DNA of 64,000 nt from Obrimoposthia wandeli (lineage: Eukaryota): contig CDROCS010006559.1 of the NCBI GenBank assembly GCA_977020255.1, positions 1-64,000 on the forward strand, written 5' to 3'. Positions within the stretch are counted from its first letter, which is position 1, and the number at the start of each line of letters is the position of its first letter. The position numbers were made by a program, and so were the translations under genes. The notes under the pieces were generated by a model. The model made no database searches. It saw only the letters and a list, made by a program, of their open reading frames with translations, and was not told where the DNA came from. This document shows positions 61,777 through 64,000 of this stretch, one piece after another.

Positions 61777-62009
61777 TAATTTCTCCTTTTCAACGATCTT
61801 GATCCAAGTTTTTGCTATGCTATGCCAACTAAAAAATAGGCGTATGTACTGTCGTTATATTCGTAGTAGTGATGCCATAAAACAGGGCTATGCACACACC
61901 CATTTAGCTCTAAATTATGGAATGAAAACATAGTTTACTGTCTTTTCATCACTATATTCCAATATGCGGTCATCGCCATTTATAATACTCTTCGACAAAA
62001 GGCCATTGT

Positions 62010-63062
62010 ATGCAAACAAAATTAACCATCGCCATGCCCGATGATTGGCACTTACATTTACGCAGTGGCGAAGTGCTTGAAAAAGTACTGTCCTTCACTA
62101 GCCAGCATTTTAAACGCGCCATCGTCATGCCAAACTTACCATCTCCGGTGATTACCTCCGCAGACGCTAGAGCCTACGCGCAACAAATAAACGCAGTAGC
62201 AGATAAGGCTCATGGATTTGAACCATTGATGGTGCTTTATCTCACAGAGCAAACGGATCCTGCGGATGTAAAACAAGGATTCCTTGATGGTACTGTCTGC
62301 GCAGTGAAATTATATCCAGCTGGGGCGACCACTAATTCAGATGCCGGCGTTAAAGATCTCGAGAAGATATACCCGGTACTTGAAGTGATGCAAGAGATCG
62401 GTATGCCATTTTTAGTGCATGGCGAAGTGGTCGACGCCGATGTTGATATTTTCGATCGCGAAGCGGTTTTTATTGATCAAAAGCTTATTCCTATCCGTGA
62501 AAAATTTCCAACGCTTAAAATTGTCTTTGAACACATCACCACCAAAGATGGCGTTGATTACGTCAAATCTTGTGATGACTACACCGCTGCGACAGTGACG
62601 ACTCACCACTTGGTAATCAACCGAAATGCCATGCTCGTTGGCGGGATTCAACCGCATTACTACTGCCTACCGGTCGCAAAGCGTGAATTACATCGCCTTG
62701 CATTACGTGACGTTGTCACCAGCGGACATCAGCGTTTTTTCCTCGGTACCGACTCAGCACCTCATTTAGCACATAACAAAGAAGCACCGTGCGGCTGCGC
62801 TGGTATCTTTAATGTTGCCAATACGATGGCAATACTCGCGCAAGTATTCGAGCAGGAAAACCAGTTACAAAACTTAGAAAAGTTTACTTCGCTAAATGGT
62901 CCCGCATTTTACAACCTACCCATCAACAGCGGAAAAATGTATCTTGAGCGTACTGACAGCTCGCAGCCATTACCACAGGATGTAGAGACTAGTGAAGGAT
63001 TGATCAAGGTATTTGATCCTAAAATGCCGGTGCATTGGCAAGTTAGCGCTATCGAATATTAA
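62010..63062 (+). CDS. pyrC: Dihydroorotase (homodimeric type)
   Basis: [34 protein letters not shown]. Confidence 0.96.
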   Translation: MQTKLTIAMPDDWHLHLRSGEVLEKVLSFTSQHFKRAIVMPNLPSPVITSADARAYAQQINAVADKAHGFEPLMVLYLTEQTDPADVKQGFLDGTVCAVKLYPAGATTNSDAGVKDLEKIYPVLEVMQEIGMPFLVHGEVVDADVDIFDREAVFIDQKLIPIREKFPTLKIVFEHITTKDGVDYVKSCDDYTAATVTTHHLVINRNAMLVGGIQPHYYCLPVAKRELHRLALRDVVTSGHQRFFLGTDSAPHLAHNKEAPCGCAGIFNVANTMAILAQVFEQENQLQNLEKFTSLNGPAFYNLPINSGKMYLERTDSSQPLPQDVETSEGLIKVFDPKMPVHWQVSAIEY

Positions 63063-63067
63063 AAAAT

Positions 63068-63093
63068 GTGCCTCGTGTACGGGGCACTTCTTT
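63068..63093 (+). terminator. pyrC terminator
   Basis: GTGCCTCG-tgta-CGGGGCAC followed by TTCTTT. Confidence 0.6.
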
Positions 63094-63793
63094 AACTGCT
63101 CGTTTTTTAAGCCTGTCAGATATTTTGCATCTCATTAAATACTTAGCCTGATGCCCCTGTAAGGTGTAAGAGTGGAGCAATGTAGAGCAATATGGCTATT
63201 ACCCATTCCCTCTAGCGTACTATAACCAATTGAACATATTTTACTTGGAGGCACAACGATAGCCAGCTGGTTACCCGGCGAAAAGCTTGAGTAAAATACA
63301 CGTAAGATCCTGCTCTTCCCGAAGAGACAACCCATCATCATAAATCGACACTATATTTACTTCTCTTTCTTACCTATGATTTTGGCGCGAGCTTATCTAC
63401 CCTGGACATAGAGACTTAATTAGATATTCCTAAGCCTCTTCCTCTCGTAACCATTAGCCTACAAATTACATCATATTCTATGACGAGTAAGCACTATTAT
63501 GTGCCCACATGGAATGATGCTACGCAAGCTCACTCTTGCTAGATTATCTAATTTCCCTACTGAACTAAGAAAAGATAATTACGCTTCATTATTTTGTCAG
63601 ATCCGCGCATAACGACTGTATTTGGATTAACAATGAAAATATCCACAATTGCATTTGAAGCTGATAATAATTGAACTATCATTAAATAATAGCATTATTT
63701 TTTAGGGCTTTTCTTGGGCTGCTAAATACTAAACCTTATCGCAAAAAGGTACTGTTCGAAAATAGACTAAAACCATGTATGGAGAATGAGTTA

Positions 63794-64000
63794 ATGATAG
63801 GAAAATTAAATCAATCAATTCTAGTGGTATTGCTTTCTATGTTTACTAGCGTTGCAGCGGCTGACTCGAATTCCCATACCCATATAAATCATTTGATGAA
63901 AAGTTGGCCTCAAGCACCTAAAAGCTTGGGGCTACTCCCTATGGCTTTGAAAGAAGCTGCTATCGTTTCTCTCTACATAAAGCTTTCACGTATTCACGAT
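63794..64000 (+). CDS. Hypothetical secreted protein, N-terminal part (runs off the window)
   Basis: RBS GGAG at 63781; open to the window end (69 codons, MIGKLNQSILVVLLSMFTSVAAADSNSHTHINHL...); signal-peptide-like start. Confidence 0.55.
   Translation, partial: MIGKLNQSILVVLLSMFTSVAAADSNSHTHINHLMKSWPQAPKSLGLLPMALKEAAIVSLYIKLSRIHD

Noticed and set aside
61814-61830. Sigma-54 promoter upstream of the VOC gene (TGGCATAGCATAGCA)
   Set aside because: GG-to-GC spacing is 9 nt rather than the required 10
63135-63341. 68-aa minus-strand ORF after pyrC
   Set aside because: No RBS or motif, and the composition is not protein-like

Overview
Chromosomal segment of a marine-type gammaproteobacterium (Oceanospirillales-like by gene order and protein style; this is inference). 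It holds two core blocks: lptG-lptF/pepA-holC-valS, and rnpB-rsmI/lpoA-yraN-diaA-dolP/sspB-sspA-petCBA/rpsI-rplM/zapE. Accessory genes are interleaved: a BMP-family nucleoside ABC operon with ribokinase, a run of export/detox genes at 33-39 kb, ald, an MCP, an Atm1-like exporter, an HpsN-like dehydrogenase with a DegT-like PLP enzyme and TauE, an Opp/Dpp ABC operon, an internalin-like LRR protein, hglS/ydcJ with a LysR, and pyrC. I found no tRNA, rRNA, CRISPR, integrase or transposase. The most striking unexplained structure is a 120-bp-period tandem array behind the RNase P RNA gene. Each unit re-copies the last ~45 nt of rnpB; the two units nearest the gene include the terminator and differ at only 4 of 107 nt. 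In each copy the conserved GAACC junction is replaced by an 18-nt insert whose 13-nt core is unrelated between copies. Other leads are a phosphatase (HCX5R)-Pat/GNAT fusion protein and a putative aminosulfonate catabolic module.
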